From an uncultured bacterium (GTDB lineage: Bacteria > CAIJMQ01): a stretch of DNA of 42,909 nucleotides. The notes beneath the pieces were generated by a model. The model was not told the DNA's origin. It saw nothing but the letters and a program-made list of their open reading frames with translations, and made no database searches. Positions 26,943-36,889 of the stretch are shown piece after piece; the stretch's first letter is position 1, and every line of letters begins with the position of its first letter. The DNA is taken from the NCBI GenBank assembly GCA_964573245.1, contig CAZNJA010000006.1, forward strand, positions 1-42,909. Direction: 5' to 3'. A program made the position numbers and the translations under genes.

Positions 26943-28169
26943 ATGAAAACCCTGAAATGTTTTTTTATACTGTTAGTTATAGCAGCAATTGCGGCGGGCT
27001 GTTCGGTAAAAAAGGAAGAGCAAGTTGTAATAGTTAAACCGGCCGCAACGGAAGACAACAGTAATCAGTTTGCTCTCGAGCTTTATGCAAAATTGCGGGA
27101 GGAACAGGGGAATATCTTTTTTTCTCCATACAGCATTTCTACGGCACTCGCTATGACCTATGCCGGTGCGCGGGGCGAAACGGAAAAGCAGATGGCTGAA
27201 GTTCTGCATTTCGCTTTGCCTCAAGAACTTCTTCATCCTGCGCTTTCTCGGCTCCAACGCAGCTTGAACGAGAGTGGCGAGCAAGGAGCATATGAATTGA
27301 CTGTTTCTAATGCGCTTTGGGGGCAAAAGGGATACGGATTTTTAAAAGAGTTTTTGGAGACTATAAAAATTAACTATGATGGTGGATTTAATGAAGTTGA
27401 TTTTGCAGGAGATTCGGAGTCCGCCCGCAAAACTATTAACGCATGGGTGGAAAAGGAAACCAATAACAAAATTAAAGACATTATTGGTCCAGGGGTTCTC
27501 AAAAATTTAACTCGGCTCGTTTTAACAAATGCTATTTATTTTAAAGGTAATTGGGCAAAGCAATTTAATAAAGATAAGACCAAAGAACGCCCTTTCACTC
27601 TATTAAATGGCGAAAAGATTGATGTTCCCATGATGAACCAAAGGGCGGAATTAAACTATATGGAAACCGAAGATTTTCAGGGACTTGAACTGCCTTATGT
27701 AGATAACGATCTATCTATGATTATTCTGCTTCCAAAGAAAATTGACGGGCTTAGTGAGTTGGAGAAATCATTTACTGTGGATAATCTTTCAATTTGGCTG
27801 GAGGAATTTCGTAAACATGAAATCATTGTTTCTATCCCAAAGTTTAAGATGACCAACCAGTTTAGTTTAAATAATATTTTAAAATCAATGGGAATGAATG
27901 ATGCCTTTGGGATGAAAGCAGATTTTTCAGGGATGGACGGTACGACATACCTTTTCATTTCAGCGGTGATTCATCAGGCATTTGTTGATGTGAACGAAGA
28001 GGGAACCGAAGCTGCAGCAGCAACTGTGGTAGTAATGCAACTAAAATCAGCGCTGATGAAGACGCCGGTTTTCCAAGCAGATCATCCATTTATGTTTTTA
28101 ATTCGCGATAATCATTCGGGGAGTATTTTGTTTATAGGTCGAGTGATGAATCCTAAAAAAGGAGGGTAA
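26943..28169 (+). CDS. Serpin family protease inhibitor, lipoprotein
   Basis: Lipobox AAGC (Cys20); NIFFSPYSI, NAIYFKGNW, EEGTEAAAAT hinge, FQADHPFMFLI..GSILFIGRV. Confidence 0.95.
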   Translation: MKTLKCFFILLVIAAIAAGCSVKKEEQVVIVKPAATEDNSNQFALELYAKLREEQGNIFFSPYSISTALAMTYAGARGETEKQMAEVLHFALPQELLHPALSRLQRSLNESGEQGAYELTVSNALWGQKGYGFLKEFLETIKINYDGGFNEVDFAGDSESARKTINAWVEKETNNKIKDIIGPGVLKNLTRLVLTNAIYFKGNWAKQFNKDKTKERPFTLLNGEKIDVPMMNQRAELNYMETEDFQGLELPYVDNDLSMIILLPKKIDGLSELEKSFTVDNLSIWLEEFRKHEIIVSIPKFKMTNQFSLNNILKSMGMNDAFGMKADFSGMDGTTYLFISAVIHQAFVDVNEEGTEAAAATVVVMQLKSALMKTPVFQADHPFMFLIRDNHSGSILFIGRVMNPKKGG

Positions 28170-28173
28170 GAAG

Positions 28174-29589
28174 ATGAAAAAAATAATACTTGGTCTGGTA
28201 GTAAGCTTACTTATAGTCTATTCAGGCTTTGCCGCAGAGCCAATGAAAAGCACGGTTGAGGACCAGAAGGATATATACGTTACTATATATAACAGCAATT
28301 TGGGATTGGTGAAGGATATACGTGAAATAGACTTGCCAAGAGGAATATCGGAACTGCAGTTTATGGGTGTTGCCGAGAGAATCAATCCGACAACCGTTAA
28401 TATAAAATCGCTAATTGAGCCGAACAGTCTGTCTATTTTGGAACAAAATTATGAATATGACCTGCTTAATCCCGGTAAACTTTTGGATAAATATGTGGGA
28501 CAGCAAATTAAACTTATAGATAAGAATTATTATACAGGTGAAGAGAAAATATATGATGCAACTCTTTTAAGCAATAACCAGGGAGCGATTTATAAAATTG
28601 ATAATGAGATTCATATAAATCCGGGCGGAAGGGTTATTCTACCCAAGATACCGGAGAACCTGATTGCCAAACCGACTCTGGTATGGATGCTCAATAATAC
28701 CTTAAGAAAAAAACAGAGAGTGGAAGCTTCGTATTTAACGGACGGCATCAACTGGAAGGCAGATTATGTAGCTACTCTTAACGAAGACGATACCAAGAGC
28801 GACCTGACCGGTTGGGTTACCATAGATAATAAAAGCGGTGCCGCATATAAGGATGCTACGATACAACTAATAGCAGGAGATGTAAATAGAGTACAACAAC
28901 CTCAAGTAATGCGTGAGGGTTTGTATGCGATGAGGGCAGTTGACGAACTAAAGATGGGATTTGAAGAAAAAGCATTTTTTGAATATCACATATATACTTT
29001 GGAAAGAAAATCCACAATAAAGGAAAATCAAACAAAACAAATAAGTTTACTTGAAGCATCCGATATTCCGATAAAGAAAAATTTGATTTTCTATGGCGCC
29101 GAGTATTACTATCGCAATCGTTATGGTGAACCGATTTCAAATCAAAAAATCGGAGTTTATATTGATATCGCAAATAAAAAAGAAAATAATCTGGGAATGC
29201 CTTTACCGAAAGGAATAGTAAGAGTTTACAAGGCGGACCATGAAGGCAGATTACAGTTTGTGGGGGAAGACAATATTGACCATACGCCTAAAGACGAAAC
29301 AATTAAGATAAAGATGGGCGAGGCATTTGATGTTGTGGGCGAAAGAACACAGACGGATTGGAAGAAAATCGCCCGCAATGTTTATGAGGCGGAGTGGGAA
29401 ATATCCCTGCGCAATCACAAGGAAGAAGACGTTGAAGTGCAGGTTATCGAACCGATTCCGGGTGACTGGACTGTTTTAAAAAGCTCTCACGAATACGAGA
29501 AAATAGAAGCCCATACTCTAAAATACACAGTCAAAGTTCCTAAGGATAAAGAAGAAAAAATAACTTACAGAGTTAGAATGACTTGGTAG
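28174..29589 (+). CDS. DUF4139/DUF4140-type secreted protein
   Basis: Signal peptide; VTIYN.NLGLVKD.R, ASYLT.GI.WKADY, LGMPLPKG.VRVY, GED.IDHTPKDE. Confidence 0.85.
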   Translation: MKKIILGLVVSLLIVYSGFAAEPMKSTVEDQKDIYVTIYNSNLGLVKDIREIDLPRGISELQFMGVAERINPTTVNIKSLIEPNSLSILEQNYEYDLLNPGKLLDKYVGQQIKLIDKNYYTGEEKIYDATLLSNNQGAIYKIDNEIHINPGGRVILPKIPENLIAKPTLVWMLNNTLRKKQRVEASYLTDGINWKADYVATLNEDDTKSDLTGWVTIDNKSGAAYKDATIQLIAGDVNRVQQPQVMREGLYAMRAVDELKMGFEEKAFFEYHIYTLERKSTIKENQTKQISLLEASDIPIKKNLIFYGAEYYYRNRYGEPISNQKIGVYIDIANKKENNLGMPLPKGIVRVYKADHEGRLQFVGEDNIDHTPKDETIKIKMGEAFDVVGERTQTDWKKIARNVYEAEWEISLRNHKEEDVEVQVIEPIPGDWTVLKSSHEYEKIEAHTLKYTVKVPKDKEEKITYRVRMTW

Positions 29590-29607
29590 TAAACTTGCTC
29601 TGAGTAT

Positions 29608-29652
29608 AAAACAAAGCCCTGTTAAAGAGAAATCTTTGACGGGGTTTGTTTT
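29608..29652. terminator. Bidirectional intrinsic terminator
   Basis: aaaacaaagccctgttaaaga-gaaa-tctttgacggggtttgtttt hairpin between convergent genes. Confidence 0.75.
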
Positions 29653-30488
29653 TAAAAATTATTTTCTTGCTCTAAACTAATTAATTTAGCAAAAGAGGAG
29701 ATTGAAGCCCAGTATTTCATTTCTGCTTTAGCTGATATGTAGTTATGATTTGCATCATCCAACCAGCAATTCATCTTTGGTTCCTTAGCTTTCCGGAAAA
29801 GTTTCTCGCCATGCCAAAAAGGAATTGTCTCATCGTCTTTGCCATGTATTACAAGTACCGGGCAGTTTACTTTGTCTATTAGATTAATATTAGGAAACTT
29901 ATCGAATGGAAATAAACGTATCCGCGTAATGACACGAAATGCAGTTACAAATGAGCTTTCTACGATTAATCCTGCGATATTGTATTTATAAGCAAGGTAA
30001 ACGGCTGGCCCTCCTCCTACAGACCTACCATGAACAATTATATGTTTTATGGGTATCCCCTTCTCTTCGATTAAGTATTTAAGCGCAGTGTCAGCATTTT
30101 TGCGGGCATTTTGGGTTGTTGGTTTGCCTTCACTTGTTCCGTACCCGTTGTAATCGTAGGAAAATACTGAAAATCCCTGGCTGTAATAGTGGTCAAGAAA
30201 TTCGCGGATATCTCCAAGGTCTACTGCGTTGGCATGGTTATATAACACAGTGTATCCAGCCACGGGATTAACTAAATATAAGGCGGATATTGATTTTTCA
30301 TCATTCAATTTTAACTTAATAATCTCCGGTGAATCGTTATAACTGGCTGGCTGCGGCAGGAAAATCTTATGGTCTGACCATATCACGGCAAATATAAGTA
30401 TACATACGTAAATGAAAATTATTGAACGAATGAGCCTACGGAGAGAAAATTCTCCAATTAAATATTTTCTAAGGGTTTTTTTATCCAT
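29652..30488 (-). CDS. Alpha/beta hydrolase (ABHD17-like) with an N-terminal TM segment
   Basis: YDYNGYG.SEG.P, HGRSVGGG, LVIHG.DDETIPFWHG and a C-terminal His. Confidence 0.9.
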   Translation of the reverse strand: MDKKTLRKYLIGEFSLRRLIRSIIFIYVCILIFAVIWSDHKIFLPQPASYNDSPEIIKLKLNDEKSISALYLVNPVAGYTVLYNHANAVDLGDIREFLDHYYSQGFSVFSYDYNGYGTSEGKPTTQNARKNADTALKYLIEEKGIPIKHIIVHGRSVGGGPAVYLAYKYNIAGLIVESSFVTAFRVITRIRLFPFDKFPNINLIDKVNCPVLVIHGKDDETIPFWHGEKLFRKAKEPKMNCWLDDANHNYISAKAEMKYWASISSFAKLISLEQENNF

Positions 30489-30530
30489 ATCATGATTTTT
30501 ACTAATAGAAGCAATTAATTGTTCACTTTA

Positions 30531-31256
30531 TTATATCTTATTGCATATATAGAGAAGCCGTCCTGAACGTTTCTTTGGGCGGTTGAAACTATTACCGTCA
30601 TGCTTCTTAAATGAAAAACCTGCTTTCTTTAACAGAGATTCAATCTCTTTGGCTCGATAGCCGCGCTCAATGTGTTCTTCTTGAAACTTACGATATAGTT
30701 TTCCTTCTCCAAGAAAGCCTGTTATAAGGCAACGACCAATGGCTTTCTTAGGGTTGAATGAAGTTTCTACGATTAAAGTCAAATCACTTTCGTAAGTTGT
30801 AGATATTCTGCACCATCCATCTTGCAATCCTTCAAATGTGTTCATATCAAAAACAAATAGGCCAGTTTTAGATAAATGGAATTTGACTCTATTAAAGACC
30901 TTAAGAAGGTCACGTTTGTTTTTTAGGTAGTTTAAGCTGTCAAACATACAGCTTATGACATCAAATTTTTGTGAAAAGGAAATATTACGAATGTCTTCAA
31001 CGTAAAAATTTGCACTGGGAGCATTATTGCGTGCATGTTTAATTTGATGTTCGGAAATATCTACTCCTGTCGCTGTGAATCCGTTCTTACAGACTGGTTT
31101 TAGCAGGGAACCAGTACCGCAACATAAATCTAACCAATTTTTAGCATTAAGGGCTTTTTTTGCGACAATACCAGAAAGGAAAGCCCACATCTTTGGCCCC
31201 CAAAAAGCCCACTTATCGTTATATACCTCTGCAAAATCTTTACCGTATAAAGTCAT
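30531..31256 (-). CDS. Class I SAM-dependent methyltransferase
   Basis: LDLCCGTG, GVDIS, FDVISC.FDSLNY, GLFVFD.NT. Start revised to ATG 31256. Confidence 0.92.
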   Translation of the reverse strand: MTLYGKDFAEVYNDKWAFWGPKMWAFLSGIVAKKALNAKNWLDLCCGTGSLLKPVCKNGFTATGVDISEHQIKHARNNAPSANFYVEDIRNISFSQKFDVISCMFDSLNYLKNKRDLLKVFNRVKFHLSKTGLFVFDMNTFEGLQDGWCRISTTYESDLTLIVETSFNPKKAIGRCLITGFLGEGKLYRKFQEEHIERGYRAKEIESLLKKAGFSFKKHDGNSFNRPKKRSGRLLYICNKI

Positions 31257-31320
31257 ATTCTTCACTCGCCTTCGACAATTTGGTTTATTTACTATATCAC
31301 ATAGATGGTACTTATAGATA

Positions 31321-31349
31321 AAGCTCGCCACTGTATCGGTGGCGAGTTT
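31321..31349. repeat. Intergenic hairpin (REP-like)
   Basis: aagctcgccactg-tat-cggtggcgagttt, located between divergent genes. Confidence 0.5.
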
Positions 31350-31471
31350 CTATCCTACAGCCAATAAGCCGTAAGACTCAGGTTGAAAAAATGGTCTCAG
31401 TCGTGTATATTCTAACTTCACAAAATTTTAATATAGCCCCGATGTTATATCAGGGGCAGGGAGGATAAACA

Positions 31472-32995
31472 ATGGCGTATTTGATGGGAATTGATGTTGC
31501 GACAACCGGAACAAAGTGCATAATTGCGGACAAAGACGGGAAAATAGTAAGTTCCGATTTTCATGAATATCCGCTTCTATCTCCGCGCCCCGGATGGGCG
31601 GAGCAAAATCCGGGCCAATGGTGGAAAGCGACTGTTGCTTCAATAAAAGGGGCTCTTGAAAAGAAAAATATAAAAGGCGAAGAAATAGAAGGCATAGGGC
31701 TTACAGGCCAAATGCATAGTTCTGTGTTTTTGGACGAAAAATCCGAAGTTATAAGGCCTGCGATACTTTGGTGCGATAACAGAACAGCAAAGCAGGTGGA
31801 TGAAGTTCATGCGCTTTTCGGTAAAGAAAATTTTATTCAACTGACTTGCAATCCGGTATTAACGGGATTCACGCTCCCGAAAATATTATGGCTTAAAGAA
31901 ACGGAACCGGCCAATTATAATCGTATAAAGAAAATCCTCGTTCCCAAGGACTATATAAGGTTTAAATTGACAGGTGAATTTGCAGGTGATGTGTCTGATG
32001 CTTCAGGGACTTCAATATTTGATGTGAAAGGGAGAAAGTGGTCAGATGAAGTATTAAATAAGTTGGGACTTGATAAGAATTTTTTCCCGAAGGTTTATGA
32101 ATCCTCTGAAATAACCGGCAAAATAAATAGCGAAGCGGCAAATCTGACGGGGCTTAAAGTTGGTATTCCTGTTGTTGCAGGCGCAGGCGACCAGGCGGCA
32201 AGCGCTATAAGTTGTGGCATATACGAAGAAGGCGTTATGTCAGCTACTTTGGGAACGTCGGGTGTGATATTTGCTTCAACTGATACTGCAAAGATAGCAC
32301 CTGAAGGCAAACTACATTCTTTCTGCCACTCTGTAAAAGGCAAATGGCATCTAATGGGGGTTGTGCTCTCCGCAGGCGGAAGTTTTAAATGGGTGTGTGA
32401 TACTCTTTGCGAAGCGGAAAAAGAAAATGCTAAAAAACAGGGCACAAGTTTTTATCGTTTAATAGACGATAAAGCCAAAGAAATTTCTATCGGAAGTGAT
32501 GGGTTGATTTTCCTGCCGTATCTTACTGGAGAAAGAACTCCGCATCAGGACCCTGATGCAAAAGGTGTGTTCTTCGGATTGAGCTTGAAGCATAATAAGT
32601 TCCATTTCGTCAGGTCGGTTATGGAAGGAGTAGGTTTTGCATTGAGAGATTCTTTGGAGCTCATGAGAGATTTAAATATCAAGATAGAAGAAGTGCGTTT
32701 TGTTGGAGGAGGCGCAAAGAGCCCGTTCTGGAGAGGAATGCTTGCAGATATATTCGAATCTCCGATCAGAACTCTTAAAGTAGAAGAAGGCGCGCCATAC
32801 GGGGCATTACTCTTGGCGGGCATAGGAGTAGGTGCGTATAAAGATGTGGCAGACGCTTGCAAGGTGATTGAGCTCGGAGCGGTTCAGGAACCCAACAAAG
32901 AAAACGCGGCTATATATAGAAACTTCTATGCGCTTTATAGAAACCTATACAAAAATCTCAAAAGTTCATATAAAGAGCTCAGCAAGATTATCTAG
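31472..32995 (+). CDS. xylB: Xylulokinase (FGGY kinase)
   Basis: GWAEQ.P..WW, GLTGQMH, ILWCD.R, GAGDQAA, LGTSGV, FLPYLTGERTPH. Confidence 0.92.
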   Translation: MAYLMGIDVATTGTKCIIADKDGKIVSSDFHEYPLLSPRPGWAEQNPGQWWKATVASIKGALEKKNIKGEEIEGIGLTGQMHSSVFLDEKSEVIRPAILWCDNRTAKQVDEVHALFGKENFIQLTCNPVLTGFTLPKILWLKETEPANYNRIKKILVPKDYIRFKLTGEFAGDVSDASGTSIFDVKGRKWSDEVLNKLGLDKNFFPKVYESSEITGKINSEAANLTGLKVGIPVVAGAGDQAASAISCGIYEEGVMSATLGTSGVIFASTDTAKIAPEGKLHSFCHSVKGKWHLMGVVLSAGGSFKWVCDTLCEAEKENAKKQGTSFYRLIDDKAKEISIGSDGLIFLPYLTGERTPHQDPDAKGVFFGLSLKHNKFHFVRSVMEGVGFALRDSLELMRDLNIKIEEVRFVGGGAKSPFWRGMLADIFESPIRTLKVEEGAPYGALLLAGIGVGAYKDVADACKVIELGAVQEPNKENAAIYRNFYALYRNLYKNLKSSYKELSKII

Positions 32996-33020
32996 CGTCG
33001 GAAATTAAGGAAAGCAGTTC

Positions 33021-33060
33021 CTCAACCCGTCGCAATTTACGTGGCGGGTTGAGTTTTTTT
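33021..33060 (+). terminator. Intrinsic terminator after xylB
   Basis: ctcaacccgtcgc-loop-gtggcgggttgag followed by a T run. Confidence 0.75.
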
Positions 33061-34606
33061 ATTTTTGTTCTTCTATGCCCAAACGCTTGCGTAGAGATGA
33101 AGCAATCGCTTCGGGCATGAGCGGCAGAGAAGATTCCAAGCTGGATTTTTGTAGAGCATCGAAAGTTGGAAAAAGTTTTTGAAAGCGCGAGATTTTTGCC
33201 GCCATTCTTGTATAAACAGAATTAGCCAAAGATTGTAATCCTGCATAACGTTCGTCTTCTCCTGTGGCAAGCGCCCAATAACTTTGATACATAATTCCGA
33301 AAAGAATTCCGGTTATCTGTGGTATGGACGCTTCGTCCAATCTTTCTGTGAATGTAGAGCTGACATAATCCGAAAAAGAGAGGTTAGCTGTTTCTCCAGG
33401 ATACTTATCTCTTAAGTAAATAAAATATTTTTGTGCAATAGGCAGGTTGTTCATTGTATATGCCATAACTACTACTTCACTTAAAAAGTTACTATGAGCA
33501 CTTTTTACTCCTCTTGTCATTTTTTCTTCTAATTTCTGTATAGTATCTTCATAATAACTGTTCAATACGGGAACGACGTTAAAATCAGGAGCAAGAATCA
33601 AAACCTCTTCCCCCCCTATTTTTTTTATATCAACATTTCCCCACTTCCATAAATGGCCAAGAGAGAAATAAACCATTCTGTGATAGTCTATATCTACCAT
33701 GTCACTGGTGTTACGTTTGCCTTTTTCTATCCAGTAAAGAGAATGCGCCGCGGATGATTTCCAGTTCAAGGGGAAATACTTTGCCTCCAGTTCCAGCATA
33801 AATTCCGGGTCCATTTTAAATTCTTCCCGAAGGGTTTTGCCCCTTAAATAAGCTTCCAACTTTCTAAAGGAAGATTTTTCAGTAATTTCTTTTAAGTTTT
33901 CAGGAAGTTCGGAAAAATTGTCTTTGGAAATTTTTCTCCAGTCTTTGACGATGTCTATCTGTTTATCCTTGAAAGACGAGATTATCTTTTCTATATTTTT
34001 GTCTTCAAGCAATGTTTCATAAGAAGAATTTGCAACCATTTCTTTTAAAGTTATATCACCAAAAACATCCTTCATCATTTTCGCCCACATTTTCTTATAA
34101 TATGCATTGAATTCATCTAAAGTCTCGGAAATTTTGTGATATTGTATCCATGAAAGTTCTTTGTAAATTTCTGCTGAATTAGGAGTATATTTCAATCCCT
34201 TATCTCTCAATAATTTAATTCCTTGATATATCCAGTTCCATCTTTCTTCCCCGGCAGGGAATTGAGCTGAAATATTGTAGGCAAGATTCCATGCGTTGAA
34301 TTTCCAAATTGCAGGCAAATCAGGTTGAAGTAATCCTATCCAATCGGAAAGTTGAACAAGTTCGAAATATTTTCCATCGTCTTGCAACTTTTGCGCTCTC
34401 AACCATAAAAAGTTCACGAGTATTCCTCTAAACCCGCCTAAAAAAACTGTCGTAAAAACCAGTTCAGGGGGGAGTTTCTTTAAAGTGGTTTCTTCAGGCA
34501 AAATGGAACTTAATCGATCGTGGACCTGAAAAAGCGGATAAGAACAAGCATAAAAAAATAGCAAGGAAATTATAAATATTGTAATACTTTTATTCTTTCT
34601 ATTCAT
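33059..34606 (-). CDS. Membrane-anchored helical-repeat protein associated with the ABC module
   Basis: N-terminal TM segment; LGGFRG..VNFLWLRA....D.GKYFEL.QL..WI..LQP....W.FNAWNLAYNIS motif; start overlaps the permease stop. Confidence 0.75.
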   Translation of the reverse strand: MNRKNKSITIFIISLLFFYACSYPLFQVHDRLSSILPEETTLKKLPPELVFTTVFLGGFRGILVNFLWLRAQKLQDDGKYFELVQLSDWIGLLQPDLPAIWKFNAWNLAYNISAQFPAGEERWNWIYQGIKLLRDKGLKYTPNSAEIYKELSWIQYHKISETLDEFNAYYKKMWAKMMKDVFGDITLKEMVANSSYETLLEDKNIEKIISSFKDKQIDIVKDWRKISKDNFSELPENLKEITEKSSFRKLEAYLRGKTLREEFKMDPEFMLELEAKYFPLNWKSSAAHSLYWIEKGKRNTSDMVDIDYHRMVYFSLGHLWKWGNVDIKKIGGEEVLILAPDFNVVPVLNSYYEDTIQKLEEKMTRGVKSAHSNFLSEVVVMAYTMNNLPIAQKYFIYLRDKYPGETANLSFSDYVSSTFTERLDEASIPQITGILFGIMYQSYWALATGEDERYAGLQSLANSVYTRMAAKISRFQKLFPTFDALQKSSLESSLPLMPEAIASSLRKRLGIEEQK

Positions 34607-35924
34607 TTGGGATTCCCAATTCTCTATGAGAAAGATAAATCATTGCTACAAATAACAAGGGTAAAACTCCTAAAACAATTATTCTTACAAAAATGGAGGT
34701 TAAATAATGAGTTGGTATTAGAATAGCACTGCCAATGTAAGAATGCGGCAACGCTTCGTTTAAAGGGGGAAGTATAGAAGAGATAAAATTTAATATGGGA
34801 TAAGAGATGCGTTGCACAATTTCAATCTCTTCTTGTGCTTGCACTTCTCTTAGAATAGAGCTAAGAGTTATATCAATAAACTCATGCAAATACGATGTAA
34901 ATATTAAAATGGATGTTGTCAAAACTGCCGTCAAATGCGAAACAATGCATGATAAACAAATACCCACCGAATAAATAAATGTCACAAGCATTAAAATATT
35001 TACAGAGCCCTTGACAAGATTTACCCAGTAATTCCCTTCGGGAGAGAGTATTTTCAATTCTTGGGCAGAGAACAAAACGCTAATATTTGCGGGGTCTATG
35101 TTTAAATAGGTAATATTCAATTCTCCGTTCTCACTTACTGCTTCTATAGGAATTGGCAGGCGATAAACCTTATCCTTCGGCTGATTTGTCCCAATTTCAA
35201 AAGGAGCAGACAGAGAAGGATTATCCACGAGCCAATATCCTAAAACATTTTGTTCTTCTTCTCCAGCCGTCCTAAAACGGTATGACAAATATAAATTATC
35301 TGAACTTTCCGGCGAATTTTGATGGATAGAAGTTCGGCGAATACCTTCAAAATTCCAAGTCATTTCTCCTTTTGCCGGGACAGAATAAATTCCTCTTCTA
35401 TTGTCTCTGCTAATATTTAAAAAGGACATGAACCCCAAAGAATTACCTTGATATGATTTGTTGGTTTGAGTAGGAAATAACTCCTTTTCCGTTGTAAATA
35501 TACTTTTATGTTCTGGAAAGTTTTCTGCCAAATGATGAGAAACAAACAGGGAAGAAAAAACCATTGAGAATAGAAAACAAGCTATAAGAACGATATTTAT
35601 AAACAACATCCCAAGCCATTTGCCTAAAATTATTTCCCAACGTCGGATAGGCTTAACATCCAGGGTTAACAAAGTTTTCTTTTTCCACTCTCCGCTTATT
35701 GAAGAGCAGGAGAAAGAAATATTTGCCAAGGTAAAAATGATAGAACTTATTATAAACGAGTAGGTAACAAAAACTTTAAATTTCCCTTCTGCCGTTCCGT
35801 CTCCCAATAAGTTTGAACATAAAAAAGGTATCAACAAAAATATTACAACTAGGACAACGGAAGTAGGAGTAAATAAATAATCTCGGAAAGTATTGTTAGC
35901 TACGGCTGTAATTCTTTTGTTCAT
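34599..35924 (-). CDS. ABC transporter permease with a large extracytoplasmic domain
   Basis: VA.NTFR, TLDVKPIRRWEIILGKWLG and C-terminal ..REL. Start revised to ATG 35924. Confidence 0.88.
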   Translation of the reverse strand: MNKRITAVANNTFRDYLFTPTSVVLVVIFLLIPFLCSNLLGDGTAEGKFKVFVTYSFIISSIIFTLANISFSCSSISGEWKKKTLLTLDVKPIRRWEIILGKWLGMLFINIVLIACFLFSMVFSSLFVSHHLAENFPEHKSIFTTEKELFPTQTNKSYQGNSLGFMSFLNISRDNRRGIYSVPAKGEMTWNFEGIRRTSIHQNSPESSDNLYLSYRFRTAGEEEQNVLGYWLVDNPSLSAPFEIGTNQPKDKVYRLPIPIEAVSENGELNITYLNIDPANISVLFSAQELKILSPEGNYWVNLVKGSVNILMLVTFIYSVGICLSCIVSHLTAVLTTSILIFTSYLHEFIDITLSSILREVQAQEEIEIVQRISYPILNFISSILPPLNEALPHSYIGSAILIPTHYLTSIFVRIIVLGVLPLLFVAMIYLSHRELGIPNE

Positions 35925-35993
35925 GCGTATGCATCCCACCAATAGTAAATTTTCGTAAACAAATTATAAAATTATCGTTTATTGACTAAATCC

Positions 35994-36860
35994 TCATTCT
36001 TTATGTAATAAATTCTGGAGAACTTCTTTATCCACCTCATCTGGCTTCTTCGGGGAGATTTTTTCTTTTTTTTCTCTTGAAGCCGCGGCTATTCTTTGTT
36101 TCTCTCTTTCATTTCTCTCTGCATATATTTTATCCAGGAAAAACTTTTCCAGGCGATGGCTTTCATTTTGATAAGGCAGCAACAATTTATCAACTTTGTC
36201 TATTGCTACGAACTCTCCTTGATAGAGAACCCCAACACGGTCGCATATATTTTCAATATCTGATAAAAGATGCGTGGAGATGAGCATTGTCTTGCCTCTT
36301 GATTTAAGTTCCAAAAATAGGTCTTTCATTTCTTTTATCCCTATTGGATCCATCCCGCTTGTAGGTTCATCAAGAATCAATAAGTCAGGGTCGTTTACCA
36401 TAGCCTGCGCGAGCCCGATTCTTCTTGCCATACCCTTTGAATATTCTCCCACACTTCGTCTTTGATATGCCTTTATTCCCAATAAATTTATAAGGAAATC
36501 TATCCTTTCTTTTCTCATTTTGGACGGCAGATTAAATATTTTCCCGTAAAAATCCAACGTTTCGCGCCCATTTAGATAAGAATATAGATAATCTTCTTCA
36601 GGCAAATAGCCTATAAACTGTTTAGCAACGTTATCTCCCGGATTTTTTCCAAAAACTGATATTCTGCCGCGGGTAGGATAAAGAAGACCAAGAATCAATT
36701 TAAGCGTGGTGGATTTGCCGCTTCCGTTGGGTCCAAGAAGCCCCAAAATTTCACCTTTTTCTACCGAAAACGACAAGTTTTTAATAGCTATCGCTTTTGG
36801 TTTTCCCCAAAAATCTTTAAAAGTTTTTGTAACACCTTGCACTTTAATTAATTCTTCCAT
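35994..36860 (-). CDS. ABC transporter ATP-binding protein
   Basis: GPNGSGKST, YSKGM signature, LLILDEPTSG, STH. Confidence 0.97.
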   Translation of the reverse strand: MEELIKVQGVTKTFKDFWGKPKAIAIKNLSFSVEKGEILGLLGPNGSGKSTTLKLILGLLYPTRGRISVFGKNPGDNVAKQFIGYLPEEDYLYSYLNGRETLDFYGKIFNLPSKMRKERIDFLINLLGIKAYQRRSVGEYSKGMARRIGLAQAMVNDPDLLILDEPTSGMDPIGIKEMKDLFLELKSRGKTMLISTHLLSDIENICDRVGVLYQGEFVAIDKVDKLLLPYQNESHRLEKFFLDKIYAERNEREKQRIAAASREKKEKISPKKPDEVDKEVLQNLLHKE

Positions 36861-36889
36861 ATTAAAACTCCTTCAATTTAAACTTTGGG

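Noticed and set aside
35309-35343. attcgccg direct repeat in the permease, resembling the purL insert (tcgccgaa...catcaa)
   Set aside because: Too degenerate and lacks the GGCGGG arm; cannot be distinguished from chance without an alignment.
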